From Candidatus Doudnabacteria bacterium (GTDB lineage Bacteria; Patescibacteriota; Doudnabacteria; UBA920), in assembly GCA_963837465.1 (NCBI GenBank), contig CAWINB010000004.1, positions 650,853 through 714,852 on the forward strand: a stretch of 64,000 nucleotides of DNA, given 5' to 3'. Positions 17,938 through 27,404 of the stretch are shown in pieces; the stretch's first letter is position 1, and each line of letters opens with the position of its first letter. The position numbers were made by a program, and so were the translations under genes. The notes under the pieces are model-generated. The model worked only from the letters and a program-made list of their open reading frames with translations, ran no database searches and was not told the origin of the DNA.

Positions 17938-18528
17938 TTATTCGCGGTTGCCGGTCTTCTTTATTAATTCCTGGAGTTTTAAAATAGCGCGGTGCTGGAT
18001 TACCCTTATAGCGCCTTCTTTTTTATCCAAAGCCTGGGCGATTTCGGTGTTTTCCAGACCCTCGAAAAATTTTAATTTAATTACAGTTTGCTGCTCGGGG
18101 CCGAGCTCCTTCATCAACTTAAGCAAAGTTTTTTGCTGGTCTCGCAGGCTTAATACGTCAATAATATTGCTTTCGTACTCCAGGGTATTTTCCACATCTT
18201 CCAGGGCCACAGTAAATTTTTTCTGGCGGTAATAATCTATTACCAAATTCCTGGCAATTTGGTAAAGCCAGCCCTCAAACGAGCCGTCTTCGTTAATCCC
18301 GCTGATTTTGCCGAAGGCCTTTAAAAAAACTTCTTCGGCCAAGTCTTCGGCTATTTCTTTGTGGCCGACGCGGAAAAAAATAAACCGGTAAATCTTTTTA
18401 AAATAAAGATCATAAATTTCGCCAAAGGCTTCCTGGTTTCCCTGTTTGGCTCTGGCCAAAAGCCCAAGCAAAATATCATCTTTGCCTAAAGTGGGGGAAC
18501 TGATATTATAGACGGAAGTTGAGTCCAT
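17938..18528 (-). CDS. ECF RNA polymerase sigma-70 factor
   Basis: Region 2 AEDLAEEVFLKAF...FEGWLYQIARN...DYYR; region 4 EIAQAL.KKEGAIRV.QHRA. Confidence 0.92.
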   Translation of the reverse strand: MDSTSVYNISSPTLGKDDILLGLLARAKQGNQEAFGEIYDLYFKKIYRFIFFRVGHKEIAEDLAEEVFLKAFGKISGINEDGSFEGWLYQIARNLVIDYYRQKKFTVALEDVENTLEYESNIIDVLSLRDQQKTLLKLMKELGPEQQTVIKLKFFEGLENTEIAQALDKKEGAIRVIQHRAILKLQELIKKTGNRE

Positions 18529-18776
18529 TTGTTACAGGTTGGTATTTATTAAACTATAAACGGCCAATTTCGGTGAAATCAGTAATAATTATACGATTTA
18601 TCGCGAGTTTTTGTTTCAAAGATGATGAGTATGAAAACACTACCGTAATTTTACCTGTAAAACCAAAAACCGCCAAATTGACTGTAGCCGGTTTTTTGGC
18701 TAAAATAGTTAGGATAATCTTAGCGGTGATTCCTGTAGGGGCTGGCCTTGGCCGCCCGTATTAAGTTTGAACATAT

Positions 18777-18868
18777 GGAGAGGTCGCATAGAGGCCTAGT
18801 GCGCTGGTTTGCTAAACCGGTAAAGGAGTCAAATCCTTTCGGGGGTTCGAATCCCCCCCTCTCCGCCA
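18777..18868 (+). tRNA. tRNA-Ser(GCT)
   Basis: GGAGAGG acceptor, CTGGT TT GCT AA ACCGG, long variable arm, CCA. Confidence 0.95.
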
Positions 18869-18917
18869 GAAAATTTTATTTTGAAAAATCCAACGACCAT
18901 ATTTTGTGATCAGATAT

Positions 18918-19640
18918 TTAGTCCCTCGCCGCCGTCAAGCAAATCACTTTTGCCGCGCCGTTGCGTTTTAGGATTTTGGCGGCTTCCTGGAGGGTGGAGC
19001 CGGTGGTGGCGACATCGTCTACAAGGATAATATTTTTGCCGCGGACATCCGCTCCGGGTTTTAGCTTAAAGGCATCGCTGACATTTTTTAGGCGCTGCTC
19101 TTTTTTTAAATCTTTTTGCGTTTTCGTATGCTTACAGCGTACTAGTACGCTAGCGCACGCGATACCCAGTTCCCGGCTCAGGCTTCGGCATAAAATTTCC
19201 GCCTGGTTAAAGCCGCGCCAGCGTTCGCGGGATGGATGGAGCGGGACATAGGCTAATTCGTACGAATTAGCAGTCAGATGCGTATGGTCATTTTTAATTT
19301 TTTGCGCCACGGTTTTCCCAAAAATATTATAAACTTCCGATATGAATTTGTATTTTCCGGCGATTATTATTTTAGCGACTTTGTCATCGTGATAATCGTA
19401 AAAACTAATCAATCCGTCGGCTCCGTGAGGCGTTTGGCAGCCGGGATGTGTAAAGCCGAATATCGCCTGTTTTTGGCAGGCAATACAGCGCTGGCGCTCC
19501 AGCACCGTTAAAGATATTTTACATTCAGCGCAAATAAAATTTCCCTCACCGCCACAGCTCACACAGGAAATGGGGAATAAAGTGTCCAGGACGAAAGTTT
19601 TAATATCCAGCCAGAACGGTTTTATAAATGTTTGATACAT
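18918..19640 (-). CDS. comF: ComF family protein (Zn ribbon + phosphoribosyltransferase)
   Basis: CxxC motifs, VPLH..R.R.RGFNQA, ILVDDVATTGSTL. Confidence 0.92.
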   Translation of the reverse strand: MYQTFIKPFWLDIKTFVLDTLFPISCVSCGGEGNFICAECKISLTVLERQRCIACQKQAIFGFTHPGCQTPHGADGLISFYDYHDDKVAKIIIAGKYKFISEVYNIFGKTVAQKIKNDHTHLTANSYELAYVPLHPSRERWRGFNQAEILCRSLSRELGIACASVLVRCKHTKTQKDLKKEQRLKNVSDAFKLKPGADVRGKNIILVDDVATTGSTLQEAAKILKRNGAAKVICLTAARD

Positions 19641-19671
19641 GGCTTAACTATAACAGGATTTTAGGCAAAAG

Positions 19672-19696
19672 AAAAAGCGGACACAGTAGTGTCCGC
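19672..19696 (-). terminator. intrinsic terminator
   Basis: Minus strand GCGGACAC-TACT-GTGTCCGC followed by TTTTT. Confidence 0.65.
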
Positions 19697-19733
19697 CGCT
19701 CAACATTGCTGAGTAGGGCTATGGGGTTTTGGT

Positions 19734-19919
19734 TTAGCGACGCGGAGTATTTGCGTATTCGATGCCGGAATTTATCCGACTCCGTTCGTCTTCGCCTATA
19801 TCCGTGCTGGATTTACGCCGTGCTGACACTTTGAGCCTTTTGAGCTCTTGTGGACGCGCTCCGTGTTTTCTTGCGCTTGCGTATTTTTGCCCTGCAAAGG
19901 GTATTGTAGCGTGTGCCAA
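19734..19919 (-). CDS. possible small basic protein (or sRNA)
   Basis: Strong AAGGAGGT SD before a TTG start and a terminator downstream; no recognisable homology. Confidence 0.3.
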   Translation of the reverse strand: MAHATIPFAGQKYASARKHGARPQELKRLKVSARRKSSTDIGEDERSRINSGIEYANTPRR

Positions 19920-20016
19920 CGCACACCTCCTTTGCAAGGAGGTTATCAAATTCGAGAGAGAGTCAATGGTTGATATAATAAAATGCGGCCGTTGTTTTTT
20001 ATACCAAAATAATTAA

Positions 20017-20046
20017 AAACCCCGCCCTTAAATAAGGGCGGGGTTT
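20017..20046. terminator. terminator downstream of clpC
   Basis: AAACCCCGCCCTTA-AA-TAAGGGCGGGGTTT. Confidence 0.75.
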
Positions 20047-20088
20047 GGTATGTCATCAATTCAATGATGTAGCTGATAAATTGTCGCG

Positions 20089-22656
20089 CTACACCACCAC
20101 AGCCAGTTTTTCCGCCTTGTGCACGCTAAAGGTAATTTTATCGCCTTTTACGTCCGCGGAGATTTTTGCGCCGTCTTTTAGGCCCATACCGGCAATAATT
20201 TTTTCGGCCAAAGGGTCTTCCAAAAACTGCTGGATGTTTTTGCGCACAAAGCGCGCGCCCTGGGCAGGGTCAAAACTTTTTTCCGATATAAATTTAAACA
20301 CCGCCGGAGTCACCTTGAGCTGGATATTCTGGCTAAGCAGTCTTCCCTGCAGCTGGGCGATTTGCAGCTGGGTGATTTTTTTCAGCTCGTCAAACCCCAA
20401 AGGTTTAAAGACGATAATTTTATCTATCCTGTTTAAAAATTCCGGGCGGAATTCCTGCTTAAGTTGTTCCATTACGCCTTCTTTAATGTGCTCGTACTCC
20501 TGTTCCAGCTTGGCTTTGTGGTCTTTTTCCTCGTTGGAACGGTCGGCAAAGCCGATTTTAGCCGCCTGGTTGGTAAGTTCCCTCATGCCCAAATTGGAAG
20601 TCATTATTATTACGGTGTTGCGGAAGTTGACCTTTTTCCCCTCGGCATCTGTCAGCTGTCCATCTTCCAAAATCTGCAAAAAGACGTTAAAGACATCGGG
20701 GTTGGCTTTTTCAATTTCATCAAACAGCACCACGCTGTAAGGTTTTCTGCGCACCGCTTCGGTCAGCCTGCCGCCTTCGCCGTAACCCACGTAACCGGCC
20801 GGCGCGCCAATCAATCTGGCGACATTGTGCCGCTCCATCAGTTCCGACATATCCACCCGAATAAGCGCGTCTTCGTCCTCAAAAATTTCTTTGGCCAAAA
20901 CTTTGGCGGTTTCGGTTTTGCCCACTCCGGTTGGCCCTAAAAATATAAAAGAACCAAGGGGTCGTTTTGGGTCCGTAATGCCGGCACGGGAACGCCTTAT
21001 GGCCCTGCTTATTTCCGAGCAGGCCTCGTTTTGTCCCACAATCTTGGCTTTAAGAGTTTTTTCCAGCAGGGACAGTTTGTTTAAGTCGGTTTTGGCCAGC
21101 TTGTGCAGGGGGATTTTGGTCATCATGGAAACCGTGTGGGCAATGTCCTCTGAACCGATAATGTGTCCGGAGCTTTTTTCTTCCGCGGCCAGGCTTTTCC
21201 CCAAAGTCTCTTTTTGCTTGAGCAGTTTTTCTTCCTGGGCGCGCAAGTGCAAAGCCGTGGTAAAATCCTGGGCCAGCACCGCTCTGGTTTTTTCCTGTTC
21301 CAGGGCGGCCAAATCGCCTTCTATTTTTTTGGCGGCCCGCAAAAATTTGCTGCCGGAATTTATGCTGCGCAAAAACGCGGCTGTTTCATCTATTAAGTCC
21401 ACGGCTTTATCCGGCAAATAGCGGTCCTGGATGTAGCGCGCCGAAAGCTCCACCGCGGACTTTATGGCCTCTTCGGTAATGGTAACGTTGTGGTGTTTTT
21501 CGTAATTCGGCCTAAGCCCGCGTAAAATAGCCATGGTTTCTTCCGGGCTGGGCTCATCAACAACAATGGGCTGAAAGCGCCTTTCCAGCGCCGCGTCTTT
21601 TTCTATGTGCTGTTTGTATTCCGTAAGGGTGGTGGCTCCAATGGCGCGGAGTTCGCCGCGGGCCAGGGCGGGTTTTAGAATGTTGGCGGCATCCAGCGAT
21701 CCGGTGGTGGCGCCGGCCCCGACCATGGTATGCAGTTCGTCTATGAACAATATAACGTCCGCGGAGTTTTTAACTTCATCTATAATTTGTTTCAGCCGGT
21801 TTTCGAACTCGCCCCGGAACATTGAACCCGCGACTATTAAGGCCAGATCCAAAGACAAAATCCTTTTATCCAGCAGGGAGTCGGGGACTTCTCGTTTGGT
21901 AATGGCCAGAGCCAGGCCCTCCACGATGGCGGTTTTGCCCACGCCGGCTTCGCCGATTAAAATAGGATTGTTTTTGGTGCGGCGGTTGAGTATGGAAACC
22001 ATGCGTTCTATTTCCCTTTTGCGGCCTATGACAGGATCAATGGAACCGGCGGCGGCTTTTTTGGTCAGGTCCGTGGTGAAGTAATCAAGCAGGCCCCCCT
22101 TTTTGGCATCCCCAATTTTAGATCCCAGGCTCGGCGGAGGCGGCATTGGGCCTTCCACCGGCGGCATTCCGTGGTCGTGCTGCTCGGGCATTTCCGGAAA
22201 CTTGGAAATATTTTCAAAAACATTGAGCAGGTTTTGTTCCAGCTCGTATGCATCTGTGCCAAGCTTGGAAAGTATGACCTTAGCCTTGTTTTGCGGCACG
22301 GTTAACAGGCCGTACAAAAAATGTTCGGTGCCGATAAACTGGTAACCGTACTGGCTGGCCACGATGGCCGATTTTTCTATGACCGATTTTAAGTTTTCGC
22401 TTAACACAGGCTTCCAGGCCGCCACGGAGTTGTTGCTGTTGACCAAAATTAATTCCTGTTTAATGACTTCCGGAGTCAGTTTGGTCTTTGTCAAAATTTC
22501 CGCGGCAAAAGAACTCTTTTCTGAAATCACCCCGTACAAAAGATGTTCGGTGCCAATATGGTCGTGCTTCAGCTCCTCGCTCACCAGCTGTGCCATTATA
22601 AGCGCGTTTTTGGCGCGCGAGGATAATCGTTCAAGAATGTAAGTGAAATTTGTCAT
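20089..22656 (-). CDS. clpC: ATP-dependent Clp protease ATP-binding subunit ClpC
   Basis: Two Clp-N repeats, GEAGVGKT and GPTGVGKT Walker A motifs, KDAALERRF, GYVGY pore loop, short M-domain. Confidence 0.93.
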   Translation of the reverse strand: MTNFTYILERLSSRAKNALIMAQLVSEELKHDHIGTEHLLYGVISEKSSFAAEILTKTKLTPEVIKQELILVNSNNSVAAWKPVLSENLKSVIEKSAIVASQYGYQFIGTEHFLYGLLTVPQNKAKVILSKLGTDAYELEQNLLNVFENISKFPEMPEQHDHGMPPVEGPMPPPPSLGSKIGDAKKGGLLDYFTTDLTKKAAAGSIDPVIGRKREIERMVSILNRRTKNNPILIGEAGVGKTAIVEGLALAITKREVPDSLLDKRILSLDLALIVAGSMFRGEFENRLKQIIDEVKNSADVILFIDELHTMVGAGATTGSLDAANILKPALARGELRAIGATTLTEYKQHIEKDAALERRFQPIVVDEPSPEETMAILRGLRPNYEKHHNVTITEEAIKSAVELSARYIQDRYLPDKAVDLIDETAAFLRSINSGSKFLRAAKKIEGDLAALEQEKTRAVLAQDFTTALHLRAQEEKLLKQKETLGKSLAAEEKSSGHIIGSEDIAHTVSMMTKIPLHKLAKTDLNKLSLLEKTLKAKIVGQNEACSEISRAIRRSRAGITDPKRPLGSFIFLGPTGVGKTETAKVLAKEIFEDEDALIRVDMSELMERHNVARLIGAPAGYVGYGEGGRLTEAVRRKPYSVVLFDEIEKANPDVFNVFLQILEDGQLTDAEGKKVNFRNTVIIMTSNLGMRELTNQAAKIGFADRSNEEKDHKAKLEQEYEHIKEGVMEQLKQEFRPEFLNRIDKIIVFKPLGFDELKKITQLQIAQLQGRLLSQNIQLKVTPAVFKFISEKSFDPAQGARFVRKNIQQFLEDPLAEKIIAGMGLKDGAKISADVKGDKITFSVHKAEKLAVVV

Positions 22657-22789
22657 ATAGATGGTACGAAAATATGGATGATAAACGGACAACGCTGATA
22701 TATGTTATATTTATTATACCACGCAAGTTGATTATATGGCGCATTAGCACTCTTGTCAATAGACTGATAATAAAAAATTTTAAAAGTTT

Positions 22790-23320
22790 GTGTTTAAGGC
22801 AAAAAATAAAACCAAGCAGCCGGAAAACGAGCAAAAGGCCTACGAGTATGCCGTGTTTTTGCTGTCTTTGCAGTTAAGGACTGTTGGTGAGGTTAGAAGT
22901 AAGATGGAAGGTCGCGGTTATTCTCCAGCGGTTATCGAAAACGTAACCGAGCAATTACGTAAACAGCGTTATTTGGATGACGAACGCTATGCCGAAGTTT
23001 TTTTGGAAAATTTAAAGCAATACAAAAATTTGGGCTATTATGGCATAAAGAAAAAATTTATGCTTAAAAAGTTGCCCGCTAACATAATCGAAAGAACTTT
23101 GGCCGATGGTTTATCCGTTGAAGAGGAATTAAAAATCGCCAAAAGGCTTTTAAAAAAAGAAGGGGTTGCGGCGGCTTCGTCCGATTCGGATAATAATCAG
23201 GTCGCGGATAATTCTTACGCCATTTTTAGTGAAGATCAGAGCAAACAAAAACAAAAAATCACCCAAAAATTAAGGGTGAGAGGATTTAGAGGAGAGGTTA
23301 TCGCCAGGCTTGTCTATTAA
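22790..23320 (+). CDS. recX: regulatory protein RecX
   Basis: LRT..EVR.KM..RGY, YLDDERYA, L.VRGF motifs. Confidence 0.85.
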   Translation: MFKAKNKTKQPENEQKAYEYAVFLLSLQLRTVGEVRSKMEGRGYSPAVIENVTEQLRKQRYLDDERYAEVFLENLKQYKNLGYYGIKKKFMLKKLPANIIERTLADGLSVEEELKIAKRLLKKEGVAAASSDSDNNQVADNSYAIFSEDQSKQKQKITQKLRVRGFRGEVIARLVY

Positions 23321-23341
23321 GATTGAGGTTGGGGTAAATAA

Positions 23342-23378
23342 AATCCGGGCCCGCTTACTGGTAGCGAGGCCCGGTTTT
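23342..23378. terminator. terminator-like hairpin after recX
   Basis: CCGGGCCCGCT...AGCGAGGCCCGG TTTT. Confidence 0.55.
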
Positions 23379-23550
23379 GCGGGCAGTGCAAATACCACTA
23401 CCTGCGGGACGCAATCTCATGCGCGAGTGAGATAAGATTCAGCAAGCATCCAGCGAATTCCGGATTGCTTATTCTTAGAGTCTCAAACACTTCAGGTCCT
23501 CTGGTCAGAAGAGCCTGGATTAGACTTTCGTCGCAGAGACTTAGCCGATA

Positions 23551-24752
23551 CCGTTCGGAAATCCGTTGGTGAAATCAGATGTTCCTGTTAAGCTTAAGCG
23601 ATAAAACCAAGGTTTAACCAGTTAACTAAGAAAGGAATCTAGTCATGCCAAAAAAAACGTCGCCATGTTTGTCCACATTGCAGCAGTTTAAAAACAATTA
23701 AATTTGGTAAGGATGGCAAGAGTCATCGCTACCTCTGCCATTTTTGTAAGCGCACCTTTTCCATTTACCACGGCCAGGATTCTCACAACCTTTGGATAGA
23801 GCATATTGACGGCGTGGGCTTTAGACGCTTAGGCGATGAAAACACCCTGTCAGGGCCCCAGACCTACGCGCGCGTCATCACAGAGCTGGATCAGCTGCCA
23901 AAAAACGACTTTTTGACCAAAACCCTCTGTGATTTGGCCCACTGCCAGGGGATTTTAATCCTTGACGGCAAATACATCGCGGTTAAAGGCTTTGAGCGGA
24001 AGATTCCATTCCTGTTCGGCATTGATTACCTGACTCACGATATTTTACACGGAGAATTGTTCTTTTCTGAGGACGAAGCGGCTTTCTCCCAGTACTTTCA
24101 GAAACTAAAAGACCTGGGCTACAACCTTAAAATAGTTGTCGCCGATGACAGAGCAGGCATAAAACAGGCTCTAAACAAGGTCTTTCCCTACGCGCGGCTG
24201 CAGCTCTGCCATGTCCACTTCCTGGAAAACATCCGCGCTGTGCTTAGGGTTAAAACCGAGGAGCGCTACAGACACTTTTTTAATTCACTTAAGCTCCATG
24301 TGTTTACCGAAGGAGCGGATGAGGAAAAAATTGACGCCGGACTGGAGCATGTCTTAAGAAATCATGCCCAACACAGCCCCAAACTCCAGGATATTATCTG
24401 GGAAGTTAAGCGTAGACGCGAAGCCTTGTTTAATTACCTGAAAGTCAAAGACTGTCCCAACAACACCAACCTCATAGAACTTTTTAATTCCCACTTAAAC
24501 GGCCGCCTTAAAACCATCAAGGGTTTCCAGAGTTTTAAGTCGGCAAATCGCTGGCTTAACGCCTGGATGATTCGGCGCCGCAGCAAGACTTTTACCGATT
24601 GCGACAAAAAATTTAAATATTTAAACAAACACTGCTCCCTGGAATTTACCATTAAAAAACAGGCCCTGTGGCCTGAAACTTTAAAAACTTTAGGAATTAA
24701 CAAAATAAATTTTTTCGAAAAAAGCGATTACTAACAACGGATTCCCGAACGG
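23551..24752 (+). mobile_element. insertion sequence, 1202 bp, 18-bp TIRs, TA on both sides
   Basis: Left CCGTTCGGAAATCCGTTG (23551-23568), right CAACGGATTCCCGAACGG (24735-24752), one mismatch. Confidence 0.88.
23645..24734 (+). CDS. DDE transposase (IS256/Mutator-like CxxH) with N-terminal Zn ribbon; frameshift in A8 run at 23650-23657
   Basis: CPHC...CHFC Zn ribbon in frame with LILDGKY, VVADD, QLCHVHF, TNLIELFN; ATG 23645 is one base out of frame. Confidence 0.85.
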
Positions 24753-24876
24753 TAACCTCCAAGCGATCAAACGCCTCGAGCCAGGACTCGGAAACATGAC
24801 TTTGATTCATCATATTCTGTTACCTCCTTCCTCCAGTCAAATTCAATGCACTTTATATTAATAAACTATAACAAAA

Positions 24877-24908
24877 AAAGCAACCATAAATACTATGATG
24901 GTTGCTTT
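24877..24908 (-). terminator. terminator downstream of htpX
   Basis: AAAGCAACCAT...ATGGTTGCTTT with a T-run on the minus strand. Confidence 0.55.
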
Positions 24909-24943
24909 GTCCGCGTCCTTAGTATAGGAGTTTAGCCGACGAC

Positions 24944-25885
24944 TTATAAATTCATCTCCCGTAACCTCTTAACCCTGTCCTCAATCGGCGGGTGGGTGTT
25001 AAACAGGCTGGCGAACCAGCTGCGCGCGCCGTGGGCGCTGCCTTGTTGGCTGGAAGTGGCTTCCATCCTGTCCTGGTGGAATGGATTGACTATGTAAAAA
25101 TGCGCCGTGGCATTGTTGGCTTCGGCGAGCGGAGCGGAGTCATCTGAAATTTTTTCCAAAGCTGACGCAAGACCTTCGGGGTATCTTGTTAAAAGCGCGC
25201 CGCTGGCATCTGCCAAATATTCCCTTTGGCGGGAAACAGCCAGTTTTATTAAAGTGGCAATGAGCGGTGAAAGGATGGCCAAAAGAATACCAACCGCGAA
25301 AAGTATCATGCCTAAATTGCCATTATTGTTGTTATTGCTCCTGCGGCCGCCGAAAATGGAAAAGCGCAAAAACCAGTTGGACATAAGCGCTATCATGCCC
25401 ACCAAAACCACAACCAGGGTCATTAAACGGATATCGTAATTGCCAATGTGCGAAAGTTCGTGCGCGGTAACGCCTTCCAGTTCGGTTTTGTTCAATTTTT
25501 GCAGAATCCCGCTGGTGTAGCAAATGACCGCGTGCTTTGGGTCGCGGCCCGTGGCAAAGGCGTTGGGAGCGGAGTCTTGAATAATATAGATTTTTGGCGT
25601 AGGAATGCCCGCGGCAATGCACAAATTTTCCACTATGTTATAGAGCTGCTGGTTTGTCGCCCGGTCAACGGCCTGGGCTTTGGAAACCGCTAGCGTGATG
25701 GAGTCGGCAAAATAATAAGAGAATAATGCCGAGAAAACGCTAATAAACACAGCCAAATACAAAATCGCGTCGTCCTGATAAATTTGCGCGAACACCCAGC
25801 CAATAGCCGAAATTACCACTAAAAAGCTGAATATTAATATCCAGCTGTCGCGTTTATTTTTGGCGATAAAATCGTAGGTAAGCAT
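24944..25885 (-). CDS. htpX: M48 family zinc metalloprotease HtpX
   Basis: PNAFATG, AHELSH, SRQREYLAD, THPP motifs; downstream of lemA. Confidence 0.95.
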   Translation of the reverse strand: MLTYDFIAKNKRDSWILIFSFLVVISAIGWVFAQIYQDDAILYLAVFISVFSALFSYYFADSITLAVSKAQAVDRATNQQLYNIVENLCIAAGIPTPKIYIIQDSAPNAFATGRDPKHAVICYTSGILQKLNKTELEGVTAHELSHIGNYDIRLMTLVVVLVGMIALMSNWFLRFSIFGGRRSNNNNNGNLGMILFAVGILLAILSPLIATLIKLAVSRQREYLADASGALLTRYPEGLASALEKISDDSAPLAEANNATAHFYIVNPFHQDRMEATSSQQGSAHGARSWFASLFNTHPPIEDRVKRLREMNL

Positions 25886-25886
25886 T

Positions 25887-26337
25887 GGGGGTAGGGTATA
25901 GGGGCTAGGGGGTTAGGGGTTAGAAAAGCACCTAATTGATTGTAGTTGAGCGAAGTTTTTTGATTAGCGCTAGTAGCATTTTTTGTACTTGCAGAAGTAA
26001 TGACTTAGCGATCAAATAATCAAAATTCGGATACAATTTTTCCATCAGTAATATTTGTGTTTCAAGTTCTGCCGTCGATCCAAAAGCTATGCCCAAAAAT
26101 TGAATGAATTCTTTGGTATGGTTCCTCGCGTGGCCTTCTGCTATGTTGGAAGGTATAGAGATGGCAGCTCTTTGTGTTTGTGAACAAAGGCCGTAAAGTT
26201 CGTGTTTAGGAAATTGGCGGGTAATTTTATATATTTCTAATACTAAATCATTAGATTTTTGCCAAACAATTAAGTCTTTGTAGCTTAAGATCTGGTTTTG
26301 CATACTATTCCCTAATCTCTATTCCCTAGCCCCTACC
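25887..26337. repeat. inverted TAGGG/CCCTA 7-mer arms enclosing the second four-helix-bundle gene
   Basis: GTAGGGT ATAGGGG CTAGGGGG TTAGGGG TTAG at 25891-25923; CTATT CCCTAAT CTCTATT CCCTAGC CCCTACC at 26305-26337. Confidence 0.8.
25932..26303 (-). CDS. four helix bundle protein (23S rRNA IVS protein / Avd-like family)
   Basis: SYKDLIVWQKS, FPKHELYGL.SQ..RAAISIPSNIAEG, GSTAELETQ. Confidence 0.92.
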   Translation of the reverse strand: MQNQILSYKDLIVWQKSNDLVLEIYKITRQFPKHELYGLCSQTQRAAISIPSNIAEGHARNHTKEFIQFLGIAFGSTAELETQILLMEKLYPNFDYLIAKSLLLQVQKMLLALIKKLRSTTIN

Positions 26338-26338
26338 A

Positions 26339-26884
26339 TTAGAATTTCACCGCCACCGGCTGCGCCTCCGGACCGCTTTCGTCTATCCCAAAGAATTGCT
26401 TAGCCGTAAAACCAAACATGGAAGCGAACAGGTTGGTAGGGAAGACCTGGAGTTTGGTGTTGTAGTCGCGGGCGGTGCCGTTGTAGAAGCGGCGGGCGGC
26501 CTGGATTTTGTCTTCGGTATCGGTTAAATCGCTTTGCAGCTGCAAAAAGTTTTGGTTGGCTTTTAAGTCCGGATAGGCTTCGGCCACGGCAAACAAACTT
26601 TTTAGCGTGCCGGAAAGCGCGTTTTCCTTAGCCAGTTTATCATCAAGCGATCCTGCTCCCATAGCCGCGGTGCGGGCAGCCGTGACTTTTTCAAAAACTC
26701 CGGATTCATGAGCGGCGTAGCCCTGCACGGTACTGACCAAATTGGGGATTAAATCATACCGACGCTTTAACTGAACGTCTATATCGCTCCACGCTTCATC
26801 CACGCGGTTTTTGGAACGGACCAGACCGTTAAATAGCAGGACGGCAATAATCACAATTGCCAAAATTATCCACAAAAATACCAT
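26339..26884 (-). CDS. lemA: LemA family protein
   Basis: IDVQLKRRYDLIPNLV, AEAYPDLKA, ARRFYN. Confidence 0.95.
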   Translation of the reverse strand: MVFLWIILAIVIIAVLLFNGLVRSKNRVDEAWSDIDVQLKRRYDLIPNLVSTVQGYAAHESGVFEKVTAARTAAMGAGSLDDKLAKENALSGTLKSLFAVAEAYPDLKANQNFLQLQSDLTDTEDKIQAARRFYNGTARDYNTKLQVFPTNLFASMFGFTAKQFFGIDESGPEAQPVAVKF

Positions 26885-26987
26885 ATATTTAAGCTTTTCG
26901 TTTAATATTTAAGCTTTTCCATATTATACCATATATACGCAAAATATCATAAAATTGTTGCAAACCCAGGTTTAACCCGTGGCCGCC

Positions 26988-27016
26988 TTGACAAGTTTGG
27001 GGTGATGATATATAAT
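26988..27016 (+). promoter_or_regulatory. consensus sigma70 promoter
   Basis: TTGACA-17 nt-TATAAT. Confidence 0.85.
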
Positions 27017-27054
27017 CGCTTTAGTTAACTAAAGCGCTTTAGTATGCTAAAGCG
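27017..27054. promoter_or_regulatory. tandem 20-bp palindromic operators, probable binding sites of the adjacent TrpR/YerC repressor
   Basis: CGCTTTAGTTAACTAAAGCG and overlapping CGCTTTAGTATGCTAAAGCG covering the predicted transcription start. Confidence 0.8.
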
Positions 27055-27065
27055 ACAACAATTAA

Positions 27066-27404
27066 ATGCTTATGAATAAATCCAACAAATGGGATAACAA
27101 AAAAACGGATGCTTTGGTAAAAACTGTTTTGGCTTTGAAGACCAAAAAAGAAGCCAAAAAGTTTTTGCGCGACCTGTTAACCGAAGACGAAATCCTGGAA
27201 TTCGGCAACCGCTGGCAAGCCGCGCAAATGTTAAGCAAAAAATTGTCCTACACTACCATATCCGGCAAAACCGGCCTGTCCAGCGCCACCATAGCCCGCA
27301 TTTCCAATTGGTTAAAAAACGGCCGCGGCGGATACAAATTAATGCTCAAACGCCTAGCTTTACATCATCACAACTCTCTTCCTGTTGGGAAAGGGTTGCG
27401 TTGA
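27066..27404 (+). CDS. TrpR-like YerC/YecD family repressor (HisR-like) with C-terminal HHH tail
   Basis: FLRDLLT.DEI.E..NRW..A.ML...SY..I...TGLSSATIARI...L..G.GGY. Confidence 0.92.
   Translation: MLMNKSNKWDNKKTDALVKTVLALKTKKEAKKFLRDLLTEDEILEFGNRWQAAQMLSKKLSYTTISGKTGLSSATIARISNWLKNGRGGYKLMLKRLALHHHNSLPVGKGLR

Noticed and set aside
16357-18868. Integrated island between two tRNA-Ser genes
   Set aside because: Both are complete tRNAs with different anticodons, no integrase is present, and shared ends reflect isoacceptor similarity
2357-26303. Diversity-generating retroelement suggested by two Avd-like proteins
   Set aside because: No reverse transcriptase and no TR/VR pair with adenine-specific differences was seen in the window
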